Assembly: GCA_028534125.1 (NCBI GenBank)
Contig: CM052817.1
Coordinates: 63,862,001 to 63,926,000, forward strand
DNA from: Lama glama
Lineage: Eukaryota
Direction of reading: 5' to 3'
DNA: 64,000 nt
The position numbers and the translations under genes are program-made. Position 1 is the first letter of the stretch; each line of letters starts with the position of its first letter. This document shows positions 52,902-64,000 of the stretch, piece by piece. The notes beneath the pieces were generated by a model, which saw only the letters and a list, made by a program, of their open reading frames with translations, was not told where the DNA came from and did no database searches.

Positions 52902-52962
52902 TCTTTTTTTTTAAGTAATTTCTTTTTTTGGAGGGTGGGGAGTAATTAGGCTTATTTATTTT
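52902..52962 (-). mobile_element. Severely 5'-truncated vic-1-like SINE (3' tail only)
   Basis: gagggtggggagtaattaggcttatttatt resembles the tail of the 38.7 kb SINE; flanked by direct repeat ttaagaaaaa (52892-52901, 52963-52972). Confidence 0.65.
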
Positions 52963-53149
52963 TTAAGAAAAAATTTCTTAGATTCAAGTGGCATATAAAT
53001 CCACTTTAACTTACAATGTTAACCTTACTATATTATAAACTTGTAATAAAAAGTTTACTTATTATAAATGTATATTCAATCTATTAATATTAAGTATATA
53101 TGGAACTATATGTAAATTATGAAATCTTATGAATTATATCATTGTATAA

Positions 53150-53690
53150 TCTATTTTTAACTTTTTACTTAGAATTAATTTCAAATTTGGAATATTCAAA
53201 TATATGAATAAAAATAATACAGAAAATACCTGTGTAACATTTACCCAGATTCACGTACTGTTAACATGTTACGTCGTTCATTTGTTTCATTTGCCCAATC
53301 TATTTCTGTCTCTCTCTCTGTTTGTATGTCCATTCCACCCTCTCTTTCTCTCTTTCTACACACACACACAAACACACACACACACACACAGAGGCATATC
53401 CAGAGAACCATTTAATGGAAAGTTACATATATCTTGGCTTTTTAACCCTAAATACTTTAGTGTGTATTGACTAAAAATAGGCATATTTTCTTACATATCC
53501 AGTTATCAACTTTATTAAATATCTCAATGACATAAGACTTTTGTCTAATCTACCATTCATATTGCAAATCTGTCAGTTGACCTAATTATACCTCTATGGC
53601 ATTTTCCCTCCAGTACATAATCTAGTCTAGGCTCAGATACTGCTTTTAGGCCCCTTTCATGTAGGAACACTTCCAAAGTCTTCCTAAATG
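53150..53690 (-). mobile_element. L1MC-type 3' UTR fragment
   Basis: tttacccagattcac, cctaaatactttagtgtgtat and attttcttacata. Confidence 0.65.
53358..53390. repeat. Interrupted (CA)n microsatellite
   Basis: Read directly from the sequence. Confidence 0.9.
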
Positions 53691-53734
53691 CTATTTTATT
53701 ATTTAAATGCTGAGTACAATATTTTTTAAATGGT

Positions 53735-53920
53735 AATACTCAACCCTGGCTGCACACAGAATTACTTGAGGAGTTAAAAAAAAAAAATACTGATGCCTGG
53801 GTCCTAATCTGGACCAGTTGAATCAATCTCTGGGAGAGAGGGGAGAAGGCATCTGAGCATCAGAATGCATTAAAATTCTCCATATGTTTCTAATATGCAG
53901 CAAGAGACAAGAATCATTAT
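53735..53920. mobile_element. MER5A-like hAT DNA transposon (similar copies near 17510-17780, 26470-26630, 57770-57930 and 58330-58500)
   Basis: ctcaaccctggctgcacacagaattacttgagg...tactgatgcctggg...tctaatatgcagc. Confidence 0.7.
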
Positions 53921-55276
53921 TATAAAGTCTTATGTTTTAAAAATTAATACTTGAAGACAAGAGAATTCAATGGACTTAGAGAAAATACCAGACAACTCTT
54001 TAAATCAATGATTAAAGTAAGTATCCCAGAAACATATCTTTATTCCTATAAACCAAAAAACAAGTGTTCTAAGCCCACCTTGTTAATTGAATTATTGCTT
54101 TTTCGATCATAATCATTAATATATCTGTTTGTATTCCACTAAACACTTAACACTCCCCCAGCAGGCAGTCCTGTTGGCTTTTGCTCCTCCATATCTTTCA
54201 CCCCAGAACCATTATTCTTTTCCTCATCATCCCCTTAAGCAAAATTGATATCATATTGTTTTTCATTTCTGAAAATATATTTAAAAATATTATTAACAAG
54301 TGATGTCAAATTAGACTATGTATCAGATAAACAGGAAGAGCATAAAAACTAACAGTTCTAGCTGTGAAAAATGGTATCTTTAAAAATCAAGGGCGCACAC
54401 ACACACAATATCCCATTCCCACACATCCATTTTGTGCAGTACCTTAAGTACCATCAAGTTGATCAAGGCAGAAACCTAGTATTCATTTTGATTCTTCCTA
54501 GTCCCTCACCACATCTATCCTATTAAAAAGTCGTGTTAATTATGTCTCCAAAATATACCTGCAATCTATCTGCCTCCAAGGAGGTACCTCTTAGGTACAA
54601 TGAAACCAAAGTAGTCAACCTGTAGTCATCTGAAGGTTAATAACCTTCCCAAGTTAAATAAGATAATCAGAGCTCTACATAGTACAACTGGATGAATATC
54701 ACAACTACTTGATCTGGAGACTGCCACATTATAAAGGTTTGCTAGGATTATAATGTTCCTGCCTTAGAAACATCTTCGATACCTTCAAGCCCTCTAAATA
54801 CAGACCTTGGAAAACGTGAAATGTTTACTATGAAATAGACTCTCATACTAATAATGGCAGTTTTAGATATGACCTATAGCCAGGCTCCAGAGAGCCTTCA
54901 GAACCTTCTCTGAAAGATATGCATGTCCTCACAGATTACACGTTAACACTTCATGCATTCATTAGCAAAGCATATTTTAAGACCTAGACGAAAATCTCTT
55001 ATAAGCTAAACTGAACTTTTACATATGCAAATTTGCTTATTAGAAAATGTTTAATAGACCGTTTCAATTTGAATATGCAAATTATTGTTAATATTATAAC
55101 CTTATTTCATTTCATTTTACCCACATTTTTGGCAATATGATTTGCCCAGGCCATGTCTGTTCTCAATTTGCTTAAATACCACTTTTTAAAAATAATCTCC
55201 CTAACACCACTGGATTTGTTGCTGGGGTCACATTATACCTATTATACCTATATATGAAATGACTATAGAATATTAC

Positions 55277-55384
55277 CTGGGATTGAGAAAGAAACGCAGG
55301 TGATGCATCATTTACATTTGATGTCATACTTTTAGTCTTCTGAAACTGACTTTTAATGTCGTATTTCCCAGGCCCTGGTACTCC
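55277..55384 (-). CDS. STPG2: STPG2 internal coding exon, 108 nt, phase 0/0
   Basis: Minus strand tttgtgatttag|GGA...CAG|gtaata; translates GVPGPGKYDIKSQFQKTKSMTSNVNDASPAFLSQSQ (PGPGxY SHIPPO-type repeat); joins the next exon in frame. Confidence 0.9.
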
Positions 55385-56149
55385 CTAAATCACAAAAAGA
55401 AAAAAAATGCATGCTCTCATTAAGAAAGCATCTATAGCACCTAAGGGAACAGTTGGCTAAATATCTGAACCAAAGTTACAGGGCTTTTAAGTGATGTTAC
55501 CAAAATACTTCATTAAAATGCAAGCCAGAACAAACTTAAGAGAAAGGGGGAAAAAAGGATATGTCCCTCAGGAAAGCCTCCCAGAAAAACCTGAAACTAC
55601 ACTACTTGAATCTCTGCTGCCATCTACTGAGAGAGCTCAGAAAAAATCATCTCGCTCTTCACATGATTAAACGTAACTGACTAGAAAAAGTTTCCGTATT
55701 TCTTCCATTTAAACCAGCTCCTCACTAAAAAATATTTTACTGCTTTTTCAAACTTCTATTAATCAGTAAATTGCTTTGTTTCCAACAAATAAGCCTCAGG
55801 ATACACATTAACTATAAATGTTAGAAGCTATAAGACTTTAAGCTTTAACTAGATACTTTACAACTGACAAAAATTAATACAGTAAATATTAGGATTGAGT
55901 TTTTGTTATCTTGCTAATAAATTGTAAATATATCAAGAAGTACTATTTATTCATCATCAAATATTTTAATTACCTTGATAAAGTACCTTTCATAGTATAA
56001 AAGTTAGATATAAATTTTCTGCTTCATATATATCTCCCCTACTTTTTCATAGTAGAAAGAATTATTCTTTGATTAATGAATACTTGGCTTATATATAACT
56101 TGGACATATAATAAAGTTCTATCAGCAAATCCTGTCAACTTAAACCATT

Positions 56150-56830
56150 ATATTATGTCCAAATCCAACCATGCCTCTCCACCTTCACAAATACTCTGAC
56201 CCAACCTAGTATCTCTTACCTGGATTACTGTGAAATCTCCGCTGCTTCCATCACTGCCCATCTTCAGTCTATTTCCACCACAGAAGCTAATGATGAATCC
56301 AGTTAAGACCCTTAGTCAGACTGCACCACTCCCCTTCTCAAACCCATCCAATGGCTTCTAACTTCACTTTGAGCAAAAACCCAAGGTCCTTAATATGAAC
56401 TGAATTTCAACCCTAGACACACTACTACCACTCTAACCTCCGCTCATACTATCCTCCCTACTCCACTCACTCTGTTTTCAAAAAGATCAGTCATATATCC
56501 ACCTCAGAACCTTTGCACTTAATCATTCTTTTTGCTTAGAATGTTCTCCTAAATAGCTCCAGGGCTCACTCCTTCAGTTCATTCAGGTCACTACTCAATG
56601 TTACCTTCTTAATTAGTCATCTTCAGGCCACCCAATCTAAAATTTGAATGCCTCCCCCAAACAACTCCTGTCACCTCTTCTACTTATTTTTTTAACCTTA
56701 TAATTTTCTGCTATGTTGTAAGCTCCAAGAGGGCAGGGGTTTTTTTTGTTTTGTTTACTGTTATGTGTTTAGAGTATAGAAGAGTATAGTAGGTGCTCAG
56801 TAAATATTTGCCAGATGAATGGATGAATGC
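56150..56830 (+). mobile_element. LINE-2 3' fragment
   Basis: ctcttacctggattactg, gtaagctccaagagggcaggg and tagtaggtgctcagtaaatatttg..gatgaatggatgaat. Confidence 0.8.
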
Positions 56831-59544
56831 ATGCACTGAACCCTACATTTCACTGACTATATAATGAATTTGGAGATGTGTTCTTCTGGGAACCAGTGTG
56901 CCTCCAAATAAGAGCATCAGCCATTTCTAATTATAGTAAAACTACAGTAAAAATAATTTGAAAAATTCTTTAGAAGAAATTCTTATACAAAAATACCTCT
57001 TCTTATAAATGAATTAGATTCTAAAAATTTACACAAAGGTCCATGTTATCTTCTCTCAGATTAACAAACCTATGCAATTATTTGGTGGCTGGTAGAAAAA
57101 ATTCACTTTGGTCATGGCATGTAAGATTGTTTTTACATATGAACTTGTAGAAAACTACATTTAGAAGAAAATTGTGTAATTCTGTCTTTATATAAACCTA
57201 TGAAATATTCATCAATACAGAAATGAGGAGAAATATTCAAATACATGATATTAATCGGTTTTCTTAAACTTTACAGATATGCTATAGCCATCTTGTCTCT
57301 GTATAGGCGGATATGATTAAAAAATAATCAGCTGGGATTACTTTCTGACTGTTTTCAATAGTTGGCTAAGTGGTCATTACTGGGGAACAGAGGGAAAAGG
57401 CTACATATGAATAATCAGATAAGTGAATATACTTAGTCTTGGGAACTGTTTTGCATAAAAGGAGAAATGAAATCTTGACCCCTTCAATGAATACTTCCTT
57501 TTCCTCTTCTTCTGCTTTTTCATAAAGTTCCTAATATTATTGAACTTTGCTTCACTAAAATATTATGGAGCAGCAAAATGAATTCCTTACTTCTAAAAAC
57601 TTAGACTTACGATTTAATAAGTTAATCAAAAATAAGCTCCAAAATAGGAATGTGAGACACTGTCCAGTGAACAGCAGGTCTCTGTTCATGACCATAGAAA
57701 GAAGGCAAAAAGGCTTTGCGAACACAGAACCCCAGGCACAGGCTGAAAATGCTGTTATGCTTAGCTTGCTTTTCCAAACTGTGATCAACAGAGCACCTGC
57801 ATTGGTAACAACTGATTAAACACATGTCTCAGTGTCTCATCTTAGATCTGGTGAGTCAGAACCTTGTTGGGTCCAGGAATATACACTTTTAGCAAGTTTC
57901 ACAGATGATTTTCATGTACAATAAAAAACCACAGCTCAGCCCAAAAGGGGTCACTACTACAGCTTATTCTATTAAGCAATCCATCGTAAAGTAGAAGACC
58001 CAGATCTTGAACGTATCTTGCCTTGGGAACAGAAATTAAAGACTACTGAGGCAGGCTGTTGATGGCATTTTTCATGTTTAATCTAATTTTAAAATGGGCT
58101 TCTTTCTTTAAAAACTATGGTATAATCATTCATTTGATGAGATGGCACGTAGGAATTAGGAGGGCTGAGGAAAGCCATACAGGTTTACTCTTACTCCCCT
58201 AACGTGGAGCCATCATCAGTGATGATTACTATTTCTAATGAAAATACTAAAAGTTTACTATGTGCAAAGCACTGTTCACAGTAATAAATAAAGCATGGGC
58301 TCTGCTTTTGAGAAACTTACACTAGATTAGTGGTTCTCAGCCCAAGCTGCACAAGAGAATTACAGGGGGAACTTTTAAAACAGCAATGCCTCATTCCACC
58401 TCATTCAAATTAAAGCCAATGGAAATGAGATCTAGGCATTATTAAAATTTCTAAAATGTTTAAAAGCTTTCTGGTTAATGCTAATGTGCAGTCAAGACTG
58501 AAGCTTAGAACAGTTTAAAACTCACATTGCTAGGCCTCATTCAGGTAGTCGCTTTCCATTGGCTCTGCAACTGCCATTGTTTTCAGTTTCAGTCTCCCTC
58601 ATATAAATAAGAACTATTGTGAGACCAGGCTGCCAGGTACTCCTTTCAGCTCATACTCTATAATTTTTAATTCTGTAATCATATTTTTAATTTTCAAATT
58701 AGCTTTCTTATTCTCTAACTCTTCTTTATTCACACATACATTATCCCCCATCCTTCTGTGAACATTAATAATAACTTTAATTATTTATCACTTTGTTCTA
58801 TTATCTGTTGCCTTGAAGTTTCATTGATGTTGGCTTTTGGTTTGTTTTTGTGTTTCATTTTGGTGATTCCTTGCTCCTCATTCACATGTAAGGGTCAGTC
58901 ACTAAAAAATGTGATTGAAAATTCCACACAAGAATAGATGTGATCTGAAGTCTACTGGACTTCATTATGCTGTGATGGAATCACAATCCAGCAGGCTCCC
59001 AAATGTCATTCTTTCCTAAATGTCATTCTTTCCACAAAATGAGTGGAAAAGGTGCCTGGAATTCTCTCCCTATTCTGTGTATAAACTTTTACTTGAAATC
59101 TCCATTTTCTTCTTGCCTTACTTTTAATTATGAAAAATTTAAAACACACAAAAAACAGAGAATAGTATAAGAAATTCCCATATACACATCACCCAGGTCA
59201 ATAATCTTCAATTCATGTCTGTATGTTTTCTCTAATCCTACCAATTTCCCCAGTTTCTCACTCCAGTGATGTAGAGGTGAATCCAAAATATCATATAATT
59301 TCATCAGTGAATACTCTAAAATATAAGGGGCTCTTTTTTAACGTAACCACAAAACCATGATCTTTTCTTTAAAAAATCAACAATTATTTGATTCCTTAAC
59401 TATTCAGAGTTCAAATTTTTGTGACTGCCTCATAAATTTATGTGTACATTAAATATACATATTAAATATAGAAATAACTTTTATACATTTGTGTGTTTTA
59501 ATCAGGACCCAATTAAAATCCATACTTATAAATGGTCAATACAC

Positions 59545-59870
59545 CAGTACCTCAGAATGTAACTGGACCTGGAGATAAGGTATTTAAAGAGGTAATTAAT
59601 GTAAAATAAGGTCTTCAGGGTGAGCCTTAATCCAGTATGACTGGTATCTTTAATAAGAGGAGGAAATTTGGACACAGATGTGAGCACGAACAGAGGAAAG
59701 GCTGGAAGAAGACAGCCATTTACAAATCAAAGACAGATGCCTCAGGAAAAAAGTCACTGCCAACACCTTGATCTCAGACTTCCAGCCTCCGGAACTGTGA
59801 GAAAATAAATTTATTTTGTTTAAGCCACTCAGTCTGTGGTACTTAGTTATGACAGTCCTAACAAACTAAT
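59545..59870 (+). mobile_element. MLT1A/B MaLR LTR
   Basis: cagtacctcagaatgt, ccttaatccagtatgactggt and accttgatctcagacttccagcctccggaactgtgagaaaataaat. Confidence 0.85.
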
Positions 59871-60388
59871 AGAGGGAGGAAGCTAAAATACAAGCATGGA
59901 TTCAATCCATCTTGTTCAACCAGAAGCTCTTCTATCACTTTCTATGAAAACTACAAACTATAAAGAGTTGTATGAAGCTAGGAACGCAGCAGAAAAATAC
60001 ACCAGTGAAGGCTAAGAGCCGTGGTGGTAGTAATTTTGAGAAGGAAAAAAAATCAGTTTTACCACACTTTTAACACATAATAGCTCAATAATATTAATTG
60101 AGTAGATGGGACTATAAAGACAGACTAATGAATACCATCCATAGCTCTTGACTTTTCTGCATCTCTCTCTCAAATACAGAAGATACGTTGCAAGACCTGA
60201 TATTTGCACAGAACGGAACAGTATGCATCTAGGACCTAAAAGTATGCCATTGACTTAAAAGTGAGGCCCAGCCAGCTTCCAGTCATTACAGCCAATCCAG
60301 CGTCGGTGCCACACATATGAATGAAAGCATCCATCTTGGATACTCTGGAATGCAGCCAGATGAGTGATCCCAGCTGATACCACATGCA

Positions 60389-61000
60389 TGAGAAAAAGTA
60401 TTCAAATGAGTCCAGGGAACCCAGAGAGTTACTGTACTGTGAAGGTGAATTCCAGCAGGCCTGGAATCAGTGTGAGCTGTTCCGCCACAGTATCTACAAG
60501 GCACTGGTCAAGATAAGAAACTACTGATTAAGAGTCTTGCTTTGCAATTATGGAACTCCCATGAGTTTCAGAGTGGTTTGTATGGGCCTGCTAGCATTGT
60601 TCACTGATGATAGTGAGACCGATGGCCTGCACCTGGCCTCAGGGAGACTCCTGGAGGGTTCTACAGTTTGTGCTGGTTATATAACAGAATATGCCTATGT
60701 CACCAGCAGAGTATAAGAAACCCTGATAAAACCCCACTTTGAGCTCCCAGATTCTGAGATGTCTGTGCATGTGTCAGTGGTTCCAGATCCAAGACAGAAA
60801 GCACGTCCTGGTGCGGCCTTAGGGAGGGAAGACAAAGCTCACTTCCGGCCTCTCTGAAACCCTTGCAGCCTTTGATTATCAAGAATACTTTTATGCTGTT
60901 GCTATTTGTATCCTTTTTCTGCAATAAATTGTAGAATTAATTAAGCATTGTCATTTTGGGCCCTGAGTCTTCTTTAGCAATCAATCCCTATTTGTCACTA
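60389..61000 (+). mobile_element. ERVL-class LTR (MER68/MER77-like), tentative
   Basis: GC-richer block with gcctatgtcaccag...aaaccctgataaaacc and gtatcctttttctgcaataaa. Confidence 0.5.
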
Positions 61001-64000
61001 TAATTATGAAAAATAACAAATTGCTGCTGTTTAAAGCACTACATTTTAGGGTGATTGGCTATGCACCAATAGGTGACCAAAACAATAGCTAACATTTACT
61101 AAGTACATACCCTTTGTCAGCATTATTTTAACTCACAGGCAAGGAAACTATGACACAAAGAAATTATTTCCAAAACTAACAAAGCTTGTAAGTAGCTGAG
61201 TCAGCTATTATTGGTTGCTAGCACAATTCTAATTTCCACCCTCCCTTTCCACAGCCATCTGCCAGATGGGGGTGGCCTTGTGACACTGTCCTGGCTAATG
61301 AATGCAGGTACTTGTCAGAGAAAATAGAAAACAGAAGCCAGAGCAGAGTTGGAAGAAAGACAAATTCAATTTTGAAATATTAGTCTTGTTCCTGTAAAAC
61401 ATCAAGAAGGTGTCATATAGATAGTAATTCGTGGAAGACCAGAGCTCAGTGGAGAGTTCAGGGCGTAAACATACATCGGAAGTAATGCGTGCATTTGGAA
61501 ATGATCAGTATATATGGGTGGTACCTGAAGCCGTGAGACTAAAGGTGGTTTCTGAGGAAATTGTGTAGAGAAAGAAGAGAAAGGGAATATTAGGTAATAC
61601 TTATGTGATTCTTAGTATTAATTTTAATATTATATTCTTTATATTACTAATCTTTTTTAATGGCACATATGAAGTTATGAATCACTCTACCCTTTTAATC
61701 TAATAATTTTTAGATGATTTACTATAGTCTTCAGCTAACATCTAGACTGAATGTTTTGGTAAGCCTGATGATTATTCTATCTTCCAGAGCTAATTAAAAT
61801 ATACTTATTCTAATTTCTAAAAATAAGATGATATCCATTATGTCATCTTTTAGTAAGGAGAAACAAATCTATAAGCACCTTAAAATGAAGGTTTGCAACT
61901 TAAAATATTTTTAGTATGCTTACAGCAACATAAATTTTGCTATATGATTATAACTGGCATTATCTTCTTAAAAGAAAATCAAATTTTAATTTAAAATTGA
62001 ATATATTTAATAAGTATGCCCCAGAGATAGTTAACTCTTTAAGCTACTCAATCATAATGATTGATTGGACAGAGCAATATGTAAGTTTGACTTTAGAGTA
62101 TGGAAAGTAACACATGTTTATTATGTTCATTTTCATAATTGTGACATAAATTGTGGTTCATTTAGAAAGCATAATGCTTTCTTTGTTTCGGATCTCAAGA
62201 AACAAATACACACTGTGATTTTTAAGAACTAATTAAATTTAAACAAAACTAAATCAAATAAACATGGTAAGGAAAGCTCAAAGTGAATAAAAAAGATTTG
62301 AAAAGGAATTGTATTAATCAATAATAGTATTTTAAGTGTCACTTGCTCTTAGATACAGCACTTAGGTTATCCACCATTGATATGAGACAAATAAGTGGCA
62401 GGAAGTGCTCTGCGGAATAAATGTACTAGTTAGCTTACCATATTTTCAGTAACAGAAATAGAAAAAAGTAGCTTTTCCGTGTAAAACTAGAGACATTGTA
62501 TATCAGAAGAGGCAGGATTCAAATATAAACTACTAGATTTGACTGTATATTGGAGTAGAGGGTTGTTTAACACAATTTCAACCATTCCAATATTAAACAG
62601 AGTAAAGCTGATAAAAAGCTAGTTAGATTCCTTAATACAGATGTTGAAATAACAGTTCATGTCAACATTGGTATCAGTAATTCAGTTGAGTCACAAATTT
62701 AATATAGCATATCTGATGCTACACTGCCAAATTCTAAGCTAGAGTAGATATGACTAAATATGGCTATCCTGAAAAATGTCACTACAATGATCAAGAATTA
62801 TAAGAGTTTTGTGCTCAAAAAATTTTCACTAAGAGAAAATGTATACAAATAGTTTAGATAGTTTCCATGTAATTACTATGTCCTATATGGTAGATGATCT
62901 AGTAGCAGTCAAGATTTATAATGCCTATTTTGGTAAATTCATGCTATGTAAATGTTCAGAGTTCATTAACATTTATTACTGTGCAATGCAACATGAATTT
63001 CAGCATAGAGTTACTTAATATGAGTCTATTCTTCCTGCTCCTTAAAAATCCAAATTCCTCTTTTTTAAAGAAACAATTAACACTTAGTGAATAATACACA
63101 GGCTGTTAAACACATCCAAATGAAATAATGTTAAGGATTATAAATCTTACATGAAGCTAAAGGACCCATATAAGATTAATTGTTACTATACTCACAAGGA
63201 TGGAGAATTCAAATGCCTACTGGGGCAAGGAAGGCAAAGAAGTGTTGAATGGGAAATGGTGGACTGGAGATCACTCACCCTCACCCCTGGGTTTACTTTA
63301 CTCAGCCCCAATTGACTGTTGTTAGTTTGGGGTTTTTGTCTTTTCATTTTAAGAAAAGCTGAAAATCTAGACTTACATATGAAATCCTACAAGTTACTGA
63401 TATTGGTAACCAATTCAATTTTTTATAATTATGAATTGGCCACAATCCACTTGTTGATTAAAATCAGCCCGTAGGGAACTAGATTCCACTCTGCTCTTAG
63501 TCTATCTATATCTTAGTCTAAGTATAAATAAATTAATATCTCCATATATAAATTTCTGCGTATACCTCCATATCTTGCAAAATCAAAGTCCAAAAGAAGT
63601 TTGATGAATGAGTTGGAATTTTCCATGCCTAGCTGTAGTACCATCATGATGAAATCATAATTTTCATAATTACAAGTGATTAGCAGAGACGTGATCTTTA
63701 CACAGACTCATAGTTCTGAAACTAGGATTGCTTAGGTCTGAAGGAATCTCTGAAATGCTGTGTAGGAAAGAGCAATTACTCATCTTTAGCTAGAATCTGT
63801 AATTACTGAAGAGCACTGAAACAAACAAAACATTTAATATTCAAGTTGAAGGAGATTCCTTACCAATAGCTTCAACAGTAGTGTTTCTTAAAGTTTGGCA
63901 TCTACACAGCCCTTAATGGGTAATCAGTGTACATGAATATCATCAAATTTAGGTAATTTTTAATGTATCTTTTAATTTTCTTAACAACAAAAAAAATCAT

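Noticed and set aside
59001..59033. 17-bp tandem duplication aaatgtcattctttcc (also short duplications near 3872-3908 and 43220-43276)
   Set aside because: Ordinary slippage duplications with no sign of function.

Overview
AT-rich mammalian genomic DNA, very probably camelid (tRNA-derived SINEs of the vic-1 type and cetartiodactyl-type L1 3' ends). The whole window appears to lie inside STPG2 (sperm-tail PG-rich repeat containing 2) on the minus strand. Four consecutive internal coding exons (55384-55277, 52450-52291, 47488-47331, 40487-40395) have canonical AG/GT ends, splice in frame and encode PGPGxY/PAPGxY repeats. The rest is intron filled with repeats. These include a ~6 kb decayed L1 carrying three nested insertions (a full-length C11orf54 processed pseudogene, an L1 tip with probable 3' transduction, and a SINE), a U6 retrocopy, ERVL/MaLR relics, DNA transposon fossils, and a CpG-rich solo LTR with tandem NRF1-like/ARE motifs lying back-to-back with an older ERVL LTR. 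I see no convincing wholly new biological system. The best leads are regulatory and splicing ones: the divergent LTR pair, a perfect RFX X-box, a shifted splice acceptor and a symmetric cassette exon. Repeat family names and comparisons with human come from memory, not from a search, and repeat boundaries are approximate unless a TSD fixes them.
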